From Geosiphon pyriformis uo1 (Eukaryota; Fungi; Glomeromycota), in contig JAAOMT010000009.1 of the NCBI GenBank assembly GCA_016748015.1, positions 824,459 through 888,458 of the forward strand: a stretch of DNA of 64,000 bases, read 5' to 3'. Below, one piece after another: positions 16,404 through 30,173 of the stretch. The first letter of the stretch is position 1, and every line of letters begins with the position of its first letter. The notes under the pieces were generated by a model. It did not search any database and was not told the DNA's origin. It was given only the letters and a program-made list of their open reading frames with translations. The position numbers and the translations under genes were made by a program.

Positions 16404-17151
16404 CTATTCCCCAAAAAGACGCTGCACACGCTTTAAGACACTATCCTTTTCAGGATCTAGAGAAAAAACAAAATATCAGTGTGAAAAACTACGGGAAAGC
16501 ATATAATACTCATAAAATACCGTATGGATGATCCTTGGAAGGAATCTCGAGGACAGTGGGAAACGCTTGATCATACTCATCGACCAATGGTCTAATAACA
16601 TCAGCGACCTATCAAAAGTAGCAAAGTAAATATCAATAGTAATAATAAAAATCAAAAAGCGATTTTGCGATAATTTGGATGTGCAAAACAAACGTGTTGA
16701 TTGATCAAAATAATGGCAATATCTTTTCGTTTTGTAAATTCTAAAAATATTTCTTCAATTTTTGCTACTGGGGTTTCTAGGTAAAAAAGTGAATATACGA
16801 TAGTGATCCAGAAGACCATTTAATAAAAGCTTTGTTAGAGGTGTGAAAGAAGTTCAGGTGAATAAAGGTGGCATAAAGGAAAAAAAGGCTTAAATCAGCA
16901 AAATCTTACTTGCGTCAACAACCAAAAAGTTCTTTTTTTGCTCTGAGTTAATATGGCCGATTCCGGCCAGAAGGAGCCCGGTGACAGAGTCCTGTTAAGG
17001 TATTATCATTTTGTTTGTATAATAGAGAGTGGAGAAATAAAAAGAACTTTGAGCGGGCAGCTGGGAGCTGAAGGCCTTCCATACTGAATTAGACGCATAC
17101 TTCGTCGCCAACTACTGCCAAAAAATGTCGTTCATTTTGTTGTAAAGCCAT
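16404..17151 (-). CDS. VMA7: V-type ATPase subunit F, 5 exons (17151-17101, 16991-16910, 16776-16694, 16608-16521, 16456-16404)
   Basis: Spliced translation [17 protein letters not shown]|[31 protein letters not shown]|[22 protein letters not shown]|[16 protein letters not shown], matching the Vma7 signature; all introns GT-AG. Missed by the ORF track. Confidence 0.95.
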
Positions 17152-17336
17152 TTTTTCCAACAGGGATGATAGAATTTTCTGAACCCAAAGCCAAATGTTC
17201 TATCAGATTATGATTGGGCATTTCCTTGATAATCTGATTTTAGCTAAAAATTTCCTGAATGACACGAGTCGGAAACTTTATCTTTGTGTCTTTTAAAGTC
17301 CCTTATTGCCCTTTTTCAATAGCCCCACTTTGTATA

Positions 17337-18906
<1,570 letters not shown>

Positions 18907-19982
18907 CACAATAAACCAATTAATTCTCATGTATGAAGGCTGCTGTTCTGGCCAACGATGTTGCTTTTTTTAATTGCAAAGGTGAGCCCGTTACAACAAT
19001 TGCGACTTTTCTTTTGTATATAAAATTATGAAAGTCACTAGTTATTTAAACTATCATTAATTTGAAAAAGGATGATTATTTTTGTTTTTACAATAATGTT
19101 ACCATTTTTAATAACAAAAACCAATTATATTAACAAAAATAAAATACTTTATGTTCCCATAAGAAAAAAGAAGTAACCATTATTTTTTTAAAGATAATTA
19201 ATTAAAACAGTTAAACAAAACATAATTAAACCATTTTTCTTAAATAACACGGATTTAAAATAACTTTCAATTGTCTTAAAAACACTTTTCTGAAAGTTTT
19301 TTTTTTAGTTAAAGTTTTCTCTAAATAACATACCAAAAACAGTCTTAATATTATTACAGCTATTACCACTGTTTTTTTTAATTATTATTAACCAGAAAAG
19401 CCAAAATAGTTAACTTATTTATTATTTTAAAGCTAATTTTTTCTTTTTAAAAAAAAAATTGTTTTTAATTTACATTGGGTTTTTTATTAATCTTGTTTTA
19501 CTAATTCTAATTATAATAATTAGGTCTAATATAATTATAAACAAAAATTTAAATAATAATAATAATAATAATATATTTGGTTAAAAAAAATATAAATTAA
19601 TATTTAATTATATTGTTAATATAATAATTTTTGGCTAATTGTTTTTTATTAAAAAATAAAACTTGTTTGTTTTAAAAACATTTTTATTTAATTAAAAAAT
19701 ATTGTTATTTATTTTATATTATAAAAACTAAAATAATATATTTTTTTATATTTGTCAATATTATATTTAATAATTAAAAAGTGATTATTAATTGTTAAAA
19801 AATTTTTGAATAAAAAATTCTTGCTTTAATATTAAGTTTTTTTAAAATTAAATAATTATTTAAAATTACTTTTTAGTAGTTATTTAATTTTATTATTTTT
19901 TTAAAATAAAATTTTATTATATATATTTGTTTTAATATATGTTATTTTTTCTATATTAATCATATAAAGTTATTATAAATAT

Positions 19983-20888
19983 TGTTATCAAAGGTTTTCT
20001 ATCTTTAATAATAGTTTTTCTGTTAACAATAATTTCTAATTTCTTTTTTCTATATTGCTGCCTAATTCTGTCAATGCAATATTTACTAAATGTTCACAAA
20101 AGAATGCTGTGGGCTAATACCCAATCCAAATTGTTTTCAGCAATTGCTATTTAGCTTCAACTCAAGGGAGGTCTTCAAATGTAATAACCTACTTCTTGGA
20201 AGATTGTTTCTAGAACCAGTTCAAGACTGTCTGCTCTGTAATTTCTTGTTCTGTTGCTTCTTGAATTGCAAAATCTAATAACCATCTTTTTGTCTTATAA
20301 TTCTGAAAAGTTAATATTTCCTTCAATCAATACCAATAATATTTTTTCTGGACCCAGTATTCCGAAATAACTAATAATTTAACAGTTGGTAGCTAAGCAA
20401 CTGCAAAGTTTATTAGTTTTCAATATAAAAATAAAAAAATCGGTTTGAATTAATTATTCTGTGTTAAAGGAAGTTTGTTTTTGTGAATTGGGTTTTTATT
20501 TCAAGTGTAAAGGATATTGCTATGTCAGATATCTATTGTAAGATACATTTCTTGGAAGAGAAAAGCTCTTATTTTATACAAGTTTTCGTTGTACTATTTC
20601 ATGTTCTTGAACTTTTTGTTCTTACTGAAATATTTACTAATTTCTGTAAATAAATATGAATTTCAATGAACTATTCATTATTTCGAAGAACTTTGATCAA
20701 TTTTACTTGAAATCTATCTAAAAGTGCATGAACTTCAGCTTGAACTGCTTGTATTCAAAGTTCACGGTTCTGCATGTTCTAATTATGATAATTTAATATG
20801 AAGGTCGAAACGTTATACTAATAATAATTTCCAATATCTGTGAAAACGAGATCTGCAAAATGATCTCCCTAGATTTCAGCTGGTAACA
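19983..20888 (-). mobile_element. Solo LTR related to Gypsy family 2
   Basis: Begins TGTTATCA and ends CTGGTAACA; TSD ATAT on both sides. Internal blocks match family-2 LTRs (AAGATACATTT..GAAGA.AAAAGCTCTT.TTTTATACAA; TTGGTAGCTAA). Strand assigned by analogy to the 39609-45299 element. Confidence 0.82.
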
Positions 20889-21889
20889 ATATAAATTATG
20901 CATTTTTCATATATAATTAATTATTATTTTATAATTAATTAATAGATTATTTTTATTTAAATACTTGATTAATAATAAATATTACAAGTTTTTATGACCA
21001 CAAAATTCAAATATTTTAATACTATAATTGTATAAAAATTTGAAATATTCTTAAAATTAGTAATAAGTTTTTAAAAATTAATATTAAATCACAATAATTT
21101 ACACTCATTTATAATGATTATTAAAACAGAAAGTATAAAATTAGTTACTTAAACAGAATTTTATTAATTAATACTATTATTTAAAAGCTAAAAAATCAGT
21201 TTGTTCTAATTTAATAAATTTATTATAGTTTAATTAATTATAATTTGATTAATATAATTATGTTAAATTTAAATAAAGCTAAAATATTGTTTTCTTGAAA
21301 ATATTTATAAAAATTTTCTTAATAATTATAATTATATTTAGTAATTTTACAAAATACAAAATTAATAATTGTTTTATTTTAACTGTTTATATATAATATT
21401 AAATAATTATAAAAAATTTAGTACTGTTTTACTTTCTTGTTTATATATTATCTTAAAAAAAACTTGTCTTAATAAATATTTACAATTAACAATTTTTTAA
21501 TAATATATTAAAGTCTATAATAATATTTGATTTTATAATATAAATAATAATTAAAGATATTTTTGTTAATATATCTTTTTTATTGGTATTTAATATATAA
21601 GTTTTAAAAACTTATGTTAAATTAATATTAATATTAATTTTATATACATAAAAAAACCAAAAAAAAAAAAATTTAAAGAAAATTTTTAATATTGGCTTTC
21701 AAAATATTAAAATAGGTTTTAAAACAACATAATTTATTTTTAAATAATTTATAATTTTTTGATTTTATTTGTTAATTAAAAAAAACAATATTTATAATTT
21801 TATTATAATTTTCAAAATATAATTAATTAATATATTTTTTTGAATTATTAATATAAGATTTAGTAATATTTAAAAAGTTATAAATATTA

Positions 21890-23150
21890 ATTAAATAATT
21901 TGGCACAAGATTATTTATAAGATAATTATTTGTAAAATAATTTGGCATAGAAGTATTTAAAAAACCATAAATATTTATAGAATAAATTGGTACAGAATTG
22001 TTTAGAAAAAAATAACTATTTGTGAAATAAATTAGTGCAAAAATGTTTAAAAAATTTTAATTAATTATGGAGTTAATTAGTATAAAATTATTAAAAAAAA
22101 ATAGTAAATAAATAAATTAGTACAAAAGTATTAAAAAAAAAATTAATCAAAAAATAAATTAGTACAAAGTTATTTAAAAAAAAATAGCTGATTGTAAAAT
22201 AAATTAATACAAAATTGTTAAAATAATAATTGGTTAATAAATTAATTAGTGCAAAAATGTTTGAAAAAAAGAAATAAATTAATATAAAAATATTTAAAAA
22301 ATAATAATTTAACATTAAATAAGTTAGTAACAATATATTTAATAATAGATAATTATTAATTAAATAATTTAGTACAGAAAGATAATTAGTTATTATATTA
22401 ATTAATAAATAAGTTGATAATAAATAATTTAATAATAAATAACTATTAATTAAATAGTTTAGTACAGAAATATTTAAAAAAAATAATTAATTAGGAAATA
22501 AATTAGTACAAAAATGTTTGAAAAAAATGAGTAATTATTAAATAAATTAATACAAAAAAGTTTTAAAAAAATAATTATTAATTAAATAGTCTAATACAGA
22601 ATTATTTATAAAAAATTATTAATTATTGGATAAATTAATTTAAAAATATTTGGAAAAAAATAAGTATTTGTAAAATAAATTGGTTTGAAGTTATTAAAAA
22701 AAAATAATAATTAATAAAATAAGTTAATACAAAAATATTTGAAAAAAAATAACTAATTAAAAAATAAAAGATTTAGAAAAAAATAATTATTAATTAAAGA
22801 ATTTAATTTAAAGCTATTTAAAAAAAATTACTAATTATTGAATTAGTTAATTCAAAAATATTTGGCAAAAAATAACTATTAAGAAGATAAATTAGTATAG
22901 AATTATTAGAAAAAAAATAATTATTAGTAAGATAAATTAGTACAAAGATATTTAAAAAAAAATAACTTGTTGTAAAATTAATTAATACAGAATTATTTAA
23001 AGAAAGATAACTAATAATAGAATAAATTAATTTAATAATACTAAAACTATTATTGTTAATAATATAATAAATTGGTTTAATAATACTAAAACTATTATTT
23101 TTATTGTTGTTATTGTTATTGTTTTTATTATCATTATTATTAATATTCAA
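21890..23150 (-). pseudogene. Eroded coding tandem repeat (~39-45 bp units), probably formerly Pro/Ser/Thr/His-rich with an acidic tract
   Basis: Recurring + strand core AAATAAATTAGTACA(A/G)A at spacings that are multiples of 3. Minus-strand translation repeats NNxVLIY(F/L). A poly-Asn tract (AAT/AAC) is consistent with decayed GAT/GAC. Confidence 0.55.
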
Positions 23151-24549
23151 AGAATAAAAAATTTAAAAAAAATTTAACTTTATTATTTTATCAATTATGC
23201 TTATAAAAGTTTTTGTTTATTTAATTTTTAAAAACTTTTGGAATACTTTTTTAATATCTGAATATTTAATTAGTTTACTATTTTAATATTTTGTATAAAG
23301 TTTTACATATTTTTTTGGTGTTTTAAGAATTAATGTTTTTTATTTACTGTAAACAATTTGAACTTTAAAATAATAGAAACTTAAAAAAATATTTAATATA
23401 TTATTTTTATAAAAATAATATTATAAAAAAAAATTATATCTTTAATATTCTAATTTTAATTATCATTAAATAGTAGATGACTACTGGTTAATTCCCAAAA
23501 AACATTAAATTTTTAATCACATTCATGATTTTGTTTCAAAAAACATTGTAATTTTATATATAATAAATGATTACAAATTACAGAAAAACCAATTTTGTTC
23601 TTTTTAATATTTTTAAATAGGCCAAATTAGCAATTTTTTAGTGTCTTTATAAATAAGAATATTTAAAAAGTTCTAAGATATTTTATAATTAAAATTTTTA
23701 AAAAATAGTAAAACTTTCTTAATAATTAGCCAAATATAAATTTATTTACCAAGTTTTGATAAATAATATTTTCATTATGCAAATATACAACTCTATTTGT
23801 AATATTTTAAAACAAACTAAAATGTATTAATCATTGTCTAAAAAGTTCCAAATCGGGAACTGTATAATATAGTTTGTAAATTATAAATTGGTGATAAGTT
23901 AAAAATGATCATAATAATCATAATAATCATCTAATACGAAAGGTTTTTTTACTATTCGAATCAATCCCAAATTCCAAATCTCAAAGAACTTTGCATTAAA
24001 AAATTAAGCAACAAATTATAAAAAGAATTTATTTAGCATTGATAATAATACTTGTTTTAGAAATTAGAGTTAAATTATAAAAGTATATATGTTTAAAAAA
24101 ATTGTAAAATAACTTTGTCGATTCTTTTAAACAGGTAATTGAAAATGAGCTATGAAATTTAATTTAAAATTTTTTTTCTGAATTAAAAATCTTAAAGTGA
24201 ATGATGAAAACGAAAATAAAATTCTTTCACAAATTAATGTTCTAAAATTTTTTGAACTTTTAAATATTTTCTATGAATTAAATATTTAATATATTTTCAC
24301 TATATAAAATTTATGTCTAAAAAGTCATTTTAGATAAACACAAAATATAAATACACTCAAAGCTATGTTATTTTCTAAAATATATTAGAAAGATTATTCG
24401 TTTTTTGACATTCCAATCTCGTTATCTTCTTTCTGTTTTATGTTTTAATTAGAAGCAAGATCTTATTGGTCCTAACCAGCAATATTCAAAGTTTCAGGTT
24501 ATAGAGAAGGTTTTTGCCATAAAAATTAAATAAGGCAAATTGTCTTAGG

Positions 24550-24966
24550 AAGGAAAGCGCGGCACTCAAATATTCGACTAAACCCCACACCGGGTTCAAA
24601 CCCTGTGTGGGGCAAATCAAATATAGATTATCTGTCCGGGAAGACATAAAACTATCCGTCGATGGAAGATGACGTTAATTAACCCATCTGATATGATGTA
24701 AATCTACCCATCTGATATGATGTAAATCTTCCATCCGAAATGATGTAAAACTATGTTTTTTTTTTCATCCAGTATGACGTAAACCATCCGGAACGATGTA
24801 AAACTATCCGTCCAGTATGACGTAAAATTATCCGTCGATGGAAGGCGACATTAAATAGACCCATCCGAAATGATGTAAATCTATCCGTCAAAGGAAAATG
24901 AGGTTAATCACCATTCGCAATGATGATAATAATTCTGAGCCCCAAACATAATGTAAGTTTTTTTTT
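24550..24966 (+). ncRNA. Candidate structured ncRNA: tRNA-like minihelix followed by 12 small hairpin repeats and T-runs
   Basis: CCCCACACCGGG-TTCAAA-CCCTGTGTGGGG hairpin containing B-box GGTTCAAACCC; 12 units (C/T)(G/A)TC-loop-GA(C/T)(G/A)-TAAA; T10 at 24756-24765 and a T-run at ~24958-24966; CpGs retained. Confidence 0.45.
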
Positions 24967-27903
24967 ATAGACTAATAAAAATCTAATTTTATAATATGTT
25001 TCGCAAATAAACTAGCTAAAGAACAAAAAAATATAAAGAGGGTATTTAACCCAAATCCACGGATTTTGACAAAATTATTTAGCCAAATTTGAAAAATATA
25101 GCTTTTTTCGAACGATACGTCTAATATTTAAATTTATAAAAACGAATTTACCAAATAATTTTTAAAGGAAACTAAGATTTTAAATTTCCTTGGCAATCTG
25201 TTTTCAGTTTTTCGTTATGAGTTATCCAAATAGCTATCAATAAACTCATTACAATCCATCCTGGTGAGTAGACCTGCAAATACGGAAACAGCAAATTCCG
25301 AAAAATACCTCCAAGAGTAGTTTCATAGGATGTTAACATAAGAGAAAATTCCTTCGTCTTTTCGTAATTGATATTATAGTTTTAATTAAATTAAATTTTA
25401 AAATAAACATAAATTTTATATTTTAAAAATATAAAAATTTTTTCAAATTCATTTATTGAAGAAAATTTTTCTGATTGCTAACAAATTAATATTAAAAACA
25501 TAAAATTTTTTAATAACTTTTAATTTTTTTTTGTTAATTATAAGAACAAACCAACTAAACTTAAATACAATAAGAAAACAAAACAAAACAAACATTTTTT
25601 TATTTTTAGTACTATAATTAATTATATTTAATAAAAAATTATTAACTTGTTAATCTTTATTTTTTTTGTCTTAAAAATATTTGTTTAAAAATTTAAAAAA
25701 GCTTTATTTTTATTACTAGTCTTAAGCTTATTATTGATTAGTATAAATTTTAATAATTTATATTTCAAATTAGTTTTTATGTTATTATATTTACTAAAAA
25801 CAGTTAAATTTTTATTTAAAAATAAAGACTTTATTACCAAAAGTTTTAATTATTTTCTAAAATACTATTTTGCTATTAATTTTGTTGCTAATAGAAACTA
25901 ATAAATATTTAACAAGTTAATTTATTTTTAAGTATTTTTCTATATTTTGGTCTGTTAATATTATTAGACTTATAATAAATAATATTTAATTTAAACTTAA
26001 TATTAAATTTTTAATAATTTTTTTATTGTTTTTAATAAGTATAATATAATTATTATCTAATACAATACAATATTTAAATTTACATATTTTTTATATATAA
26101 TTAGTTATTAGAATTAATTTAAATTATTCTAAATTAAATTTATAAAAGAATTTATTTAAAAAATTTATCTTATATAAAATTATAAATAAACTATTATTAC
26201 TAAAAACCAAATTAATTATTTATAAAGCAGTTTTATTTGTATTAAATTTGATATTAAGAGCTTATAACTTTTAAAATATTATTATTTCAACAAAAATATT
26301 TTTATTAATAAAAAATTTTAGATTATTATTAATTATATTATTATTAAAAAAACTATATATATTATATTTTAACTTAAAATTAACAATATTTTTATTTAAG
26401 CTATTTTGATTTTAACAAAAATACCAAATATTAAAATAAAATTTAATACCATAAAATGTTTTAAAAAACACCAAAAAATATTGTATCTTATTTAAAAAAA
26501 TTTTGTTAAAAGAAAATAAAATTAAAAAATAAATAAATAATAATTTGATTTGATTAAAAAAAAAATATATAAAAATTAATAATATTTTATTAAGAATTAT
26601 AATTAAGAATTATTAATATAAAAAGTTATTAAATAAATAACAATTTTATTTAATTTGGTTAAAAAAAAAAATACTAAGTATTTTTAAATTATAAAATTTT
26701 AAAAACATAATTTCTATTAAATAAATTAAAAAAAATTGCCTATAAAAACTTATAAAAAGTTATTTTTTTGTTAATTAAGACTATTTACATATTTACTATA
26801 ATATAGAATAATATTATAAAATTATTTAAAGTAATTTAATAATTATAATAGCTATTTTAAATTATTGTTGTTATTTTGTGTTATTTTTAAATATTTTGGT
26901 TATTTTATATTATTTTTAATTAATATTAGTTATTATATATTATGTTATTGTTTTAAAATTATATTTTTTTTGTTTATGATTTTTTTTGTTTGGATGAATT
27001 ATTTATGTTAAATATATAATTAGTTAATTAATAATGTTGATTATTTAATTTGTTTTTGCTAATTTCTATTTAAATAATACTGTTTTTATAACTAAAAAAA
27101 AAACTTTTTAAATAATAATCTTCTTTTTAATTACAAAATAAATAATGATTGCTTTTTTTATTTTTTAATATTAAAAATTAATATTAATTAATTACATGTA
27201 AAAAACACATTATATTGTATTATTAAAGTTTTTTAAATAAATTAGACTTAAGAAATATAATCAAAATATTGATTTATTGTATTTTTAAAAAATCTTATTA
27301 TTATTAAAAAATTGTATTATTATAATTATAATATTATAAAATAATGTAATTTAATTATTAAAAAAAATCATATTTTTTTATGTCTGTTTGTAAATAAATA
27401 GAATTTATAATCATAAATATTTATTTTTCGTAAATTTGATATCATGTTCATATTACTTTGAACATAATTAAAAATTTAAAATCTTTTCATTTATATAAAA
27501 CATGTAAAATTAAATTAAATCATAATGTTACAACTTGATTTTAAGATTTGATTTAATATTAAATATTAAATTTATCTTTGTTAAAAAAGTATTTTTTATT
27601 TATTCTTGATTGATAATTATTTTGTTTAATTATATATTAAAACTTTAGTTTTCGACGAATAAATGATTGGTCATAATTACCATGTATTCGAAAGGATAAA
27701 ACCACAAATATAAGCTTCTCATGGTTAAGATGACAGAATGAGATTAAACTTTCATGATTTTCTTAGGTGAAAAATCACGTAATCGTTGATCAATCCATTG
27801 TTTCAAATGTATGAAATTTTTCATGGCCATGATCTCGGAGAAGCTTATGATCAATTAATTTTTAAAAGCTAGTGCTGGGGTCAGAGTTTTGATCCATTGA
27901 TTG

Positions 27904-27932
27904 ATTACAATTACAATTACAATTACAATTAC
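27904..27932 (+). repeat. (ATTACA)n microsatellite, ~5 units
   Basis: ATTACAATTACAATTACAATTACAATTAC upstream of the LisH gene. Confidence 0.8.
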
Positions 27933-28203
27933 TTTTTCGTTTCCGAAGACATTATGATGTAAACCAGAATGATATATTAATTGATTTGATATTTTGTCTA
28001 GTTAGTCATCCATAAACCTGTTTACCTAATTAGGTTAATTTAAAACGCCTTAAATATTCATGGAGACTTCTACTTAGGAAATCATTCGGCTAAAAAGAAT
28101 TCTTTAAAGGTAATTGGGTTGCTTTCCTTCTTTATCTCTTGAGGTACATTCTAGAATTCATCTTTTTTCGATATTCCCTTGTTTACCAGATTAATTCCCA
28201 AAA

Positions 28204-28851
28204 ATGTTGGACCCCGACTTTTTCAATCATGCCAAGAAACCTCTTCAAGCCTGTGTTTATGACTATCTAAAGAAATCTGGCGCCGATGAAACCGCACAAA
28301 ATTTTTATCGGGAAGCCGGTTTAAATGATTGTTCAACAGACTGGATCTCTTCAATTACCTTTTCCTCTTGTTCCTCTTCATCCAATGACGATGAAGAATA
28401 TCAGATGCCAACCCCATTCTCTCCTAATTATTCTTTTCGAACTGTGGGTGGTGCAAATAACGTTTCCCATCTAACAACAACAACAACAACAACAATGAAA
28501 ACTTTGAAAGGTCATCAAGTTTTCGTTCAAGGCATGGATTTTAATATTTCAGAAATAGCTGCAGGATTAATTTCACGTCTTGAAAAACCAGCAACCGTTT
28601 CAAATTTGAATTTGATCCCTCAAGAAACAAGTGTTATTCCTTTATTCAATGATAATTTGGGAGGAAACGAAGTTAAAGAATTTGGAAAGGGGAACATTAA
28701 TTTTGAAAAAGAAGGGAAACCTTTTGATGATCATGATTCGGCTGAAAAACTTCCAGAACCATCACAAGTAACAATGCCAAATCCGGATGGGTTTTTGTGG
28801 GAATGGTGGTCGCTGTTGTGGGAGGAATTTTCTTTGCATTTGGAACGATGA
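28204..28851 (+). CDS. LisH/LUFS-domain protein (Flo8/Som1/SSDP-like N-terminal module), 215 aa
   Basis: LisH LQACVYDYLKKSGADETAQNFYREAGL near the N-terminus and LUFS motif PDGFLWEWWSLLWEEF at the C-terminus. Confidence 0.8.
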   Translation: MLDPDFFNHAKKPLQACVYDYLKKSGADETAQNFYREAGLNDCSTDWISSITFSSCSSSSNDDEEYQMPTPFSPNYSFRTVGGANNVSHLTTTTTTTMKTLKGHQVFVQGMDFNISEIAAGLISRLEKPATVSNLNLIPQETSVIPLFNDNLGGNEVKEFGKGNINFEKEGKPFDDHDSAEKLPEPSQVTMPNPDGFLWEWWSLLWEEFSLHLER

Positions 28852-29338
28852 TATGAAAAATTTGTCAAGACCTGAACTGAAGCTGTATTATGGTTTTATG
28901 TATTTCTAGTAGATTTTTACTGTCTAGCATAGAAGCATTTGCATAATTTATAGTTTCATTAAGCAAAACTCGACTTCGGCTTAAACTTTTGGCTTTTTTT
29001 AAAATCACAAGGTTCATGGGATTGTTATTTATCCCTCGCAAAAATAGACAGGTTTTGGTTAAATCAAAACGAGAATTCACGTGAGTTCAACAGATATTTC
29101 CAAACTAAATATTCAATACTTATATCTCTATATAAAACACACAACCCCTTACCATAATTTGATATAAGACAAATTATTTTCAGGAGAAAATTTCAGTAGA
29201 GAAAAAGAAGATTTCCAATTGTCATAAAAAGAAAATCCAAAATATTTCAGTGAAACTGCTGCGTCCAGTAAAGATAAATTATTTTCTTATATAAAACCAT
29301 GCAACCCAAAATGAATCAGAACAAACAAACAAACAAAC

Positions 29339-29623
29339 ATGTCTAATGTCACCCTTAACAGAAATCCACCAGCCACACCAGTCGTTCCGTTACAAAATCC
29401 TCTCATTCATGGAAATCCTCAACAAAACAATACTGTGAATCCATTACTGGCTGTTCAACCCCAAGATAATGTTGATTTTTCCGGATCATTTATTAATGGT
29501 TCGTTGAAGCCGCTTCAAAACATTGATCCTGGCTCCGGAAACGTTCGGCTTCAACAACAACAAACCAATGGAAATGAAAACATTTCAACTTTTAGCGAGA
29601 TATTATATGCTTCTTACACATGA
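29339..29623 (+). CDS. Small Asn/Gln/Pro-rich hypothetical protein, 94 aa
   Basis: Open frame with higher GC and CpG than its flanks; low-complexity composition; no recognisable motif. Confidence 0.4.
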   Translation: MSNVTLNRNPPATPVVPLQNPLIHGNPQQNNTVNPLLAVQPQDNVDFSGSFINGSLKPLQNIDPGSGNVRLQQQQTNGNENISTFSEILYASYT

Positions 29624-30173
29624 CATGTTAGCACGATCTTCAGTTATGCCTATCAAGATTTTCTTTAACTTTTTAATATAAATTAAGAACAACTTTTTTG
29701 AATGATATTTTTTGATAGGTGGTTTTTATTAAATAGAGAGAAGAGAAAGAACTTCAAATGTTAGATATTTTTTATGCATATATTTTTCTATTGGGACATA
29801 ATTAAATAAAATATTTTACCTTTATGAGAAAATTTTCCTGAATTTAGATGAGAAATCCGAAGTTTTAGCTTGTAAATTTCAAGGATTTGAGAAATTCCGA
29901 AAAATAATATTTTGAAGATTAATTTTGAATCAGGAAGCATTTTTGTATCGATTTTTTATTCAACCAGAATAAAATTGGATGATAAAATATGTATCGAACA
30001 AATATTTGCTAACAGGTTAAGAGTGAAACTTTAAGCCCAAACTCGGTTTCAAACATTCCTTTAATCTTTACCAAACTTTTAGTGTCACTTTTTTTCACAT
30101 TATATTCTTTTCATATTGAAAATTGATCCCCTCTTAACCTACAAATTCTTAATAATAAAAATTCATCTGAAAC

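Noticed and set aside
16476-16691. 71-aa ORF on the minus strand
   Set aside because: Off-frame reading across a VMA7 intron and exon.
24577-24587. CTAAACCC as a telomerase template
   Set aside because: Only about one repeat, it does not match a TTAGGG template with alignment region, and it overlaps the minihelix.
24628-24930. CRISPR array interpretation of the repeat cluster
   Set aside because: Eukaryotic context, no cas genes, variable parts only 6-10 nt and sometimes repeated.
24628-24930. Pistol-ribozyme-like P1 hairpin plus UAAA
   Set aside because: I found no downstream pseudoknot partner for the loops and no P2/P3 stems.
24919-24939. Box C/D-like ATGATGA..CTGA
   Set aside because: The boxes are only ~8 nt apart, too short for a guide snoRNA. 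It may be a K-loop within the array but cannot be supported alone.
25317-25345. TTTCATAGGAT resembling the U3 snoRNA 5' end
   Set aside because: The match is short, and no boxes C', B, C or D follow before the AT desert.
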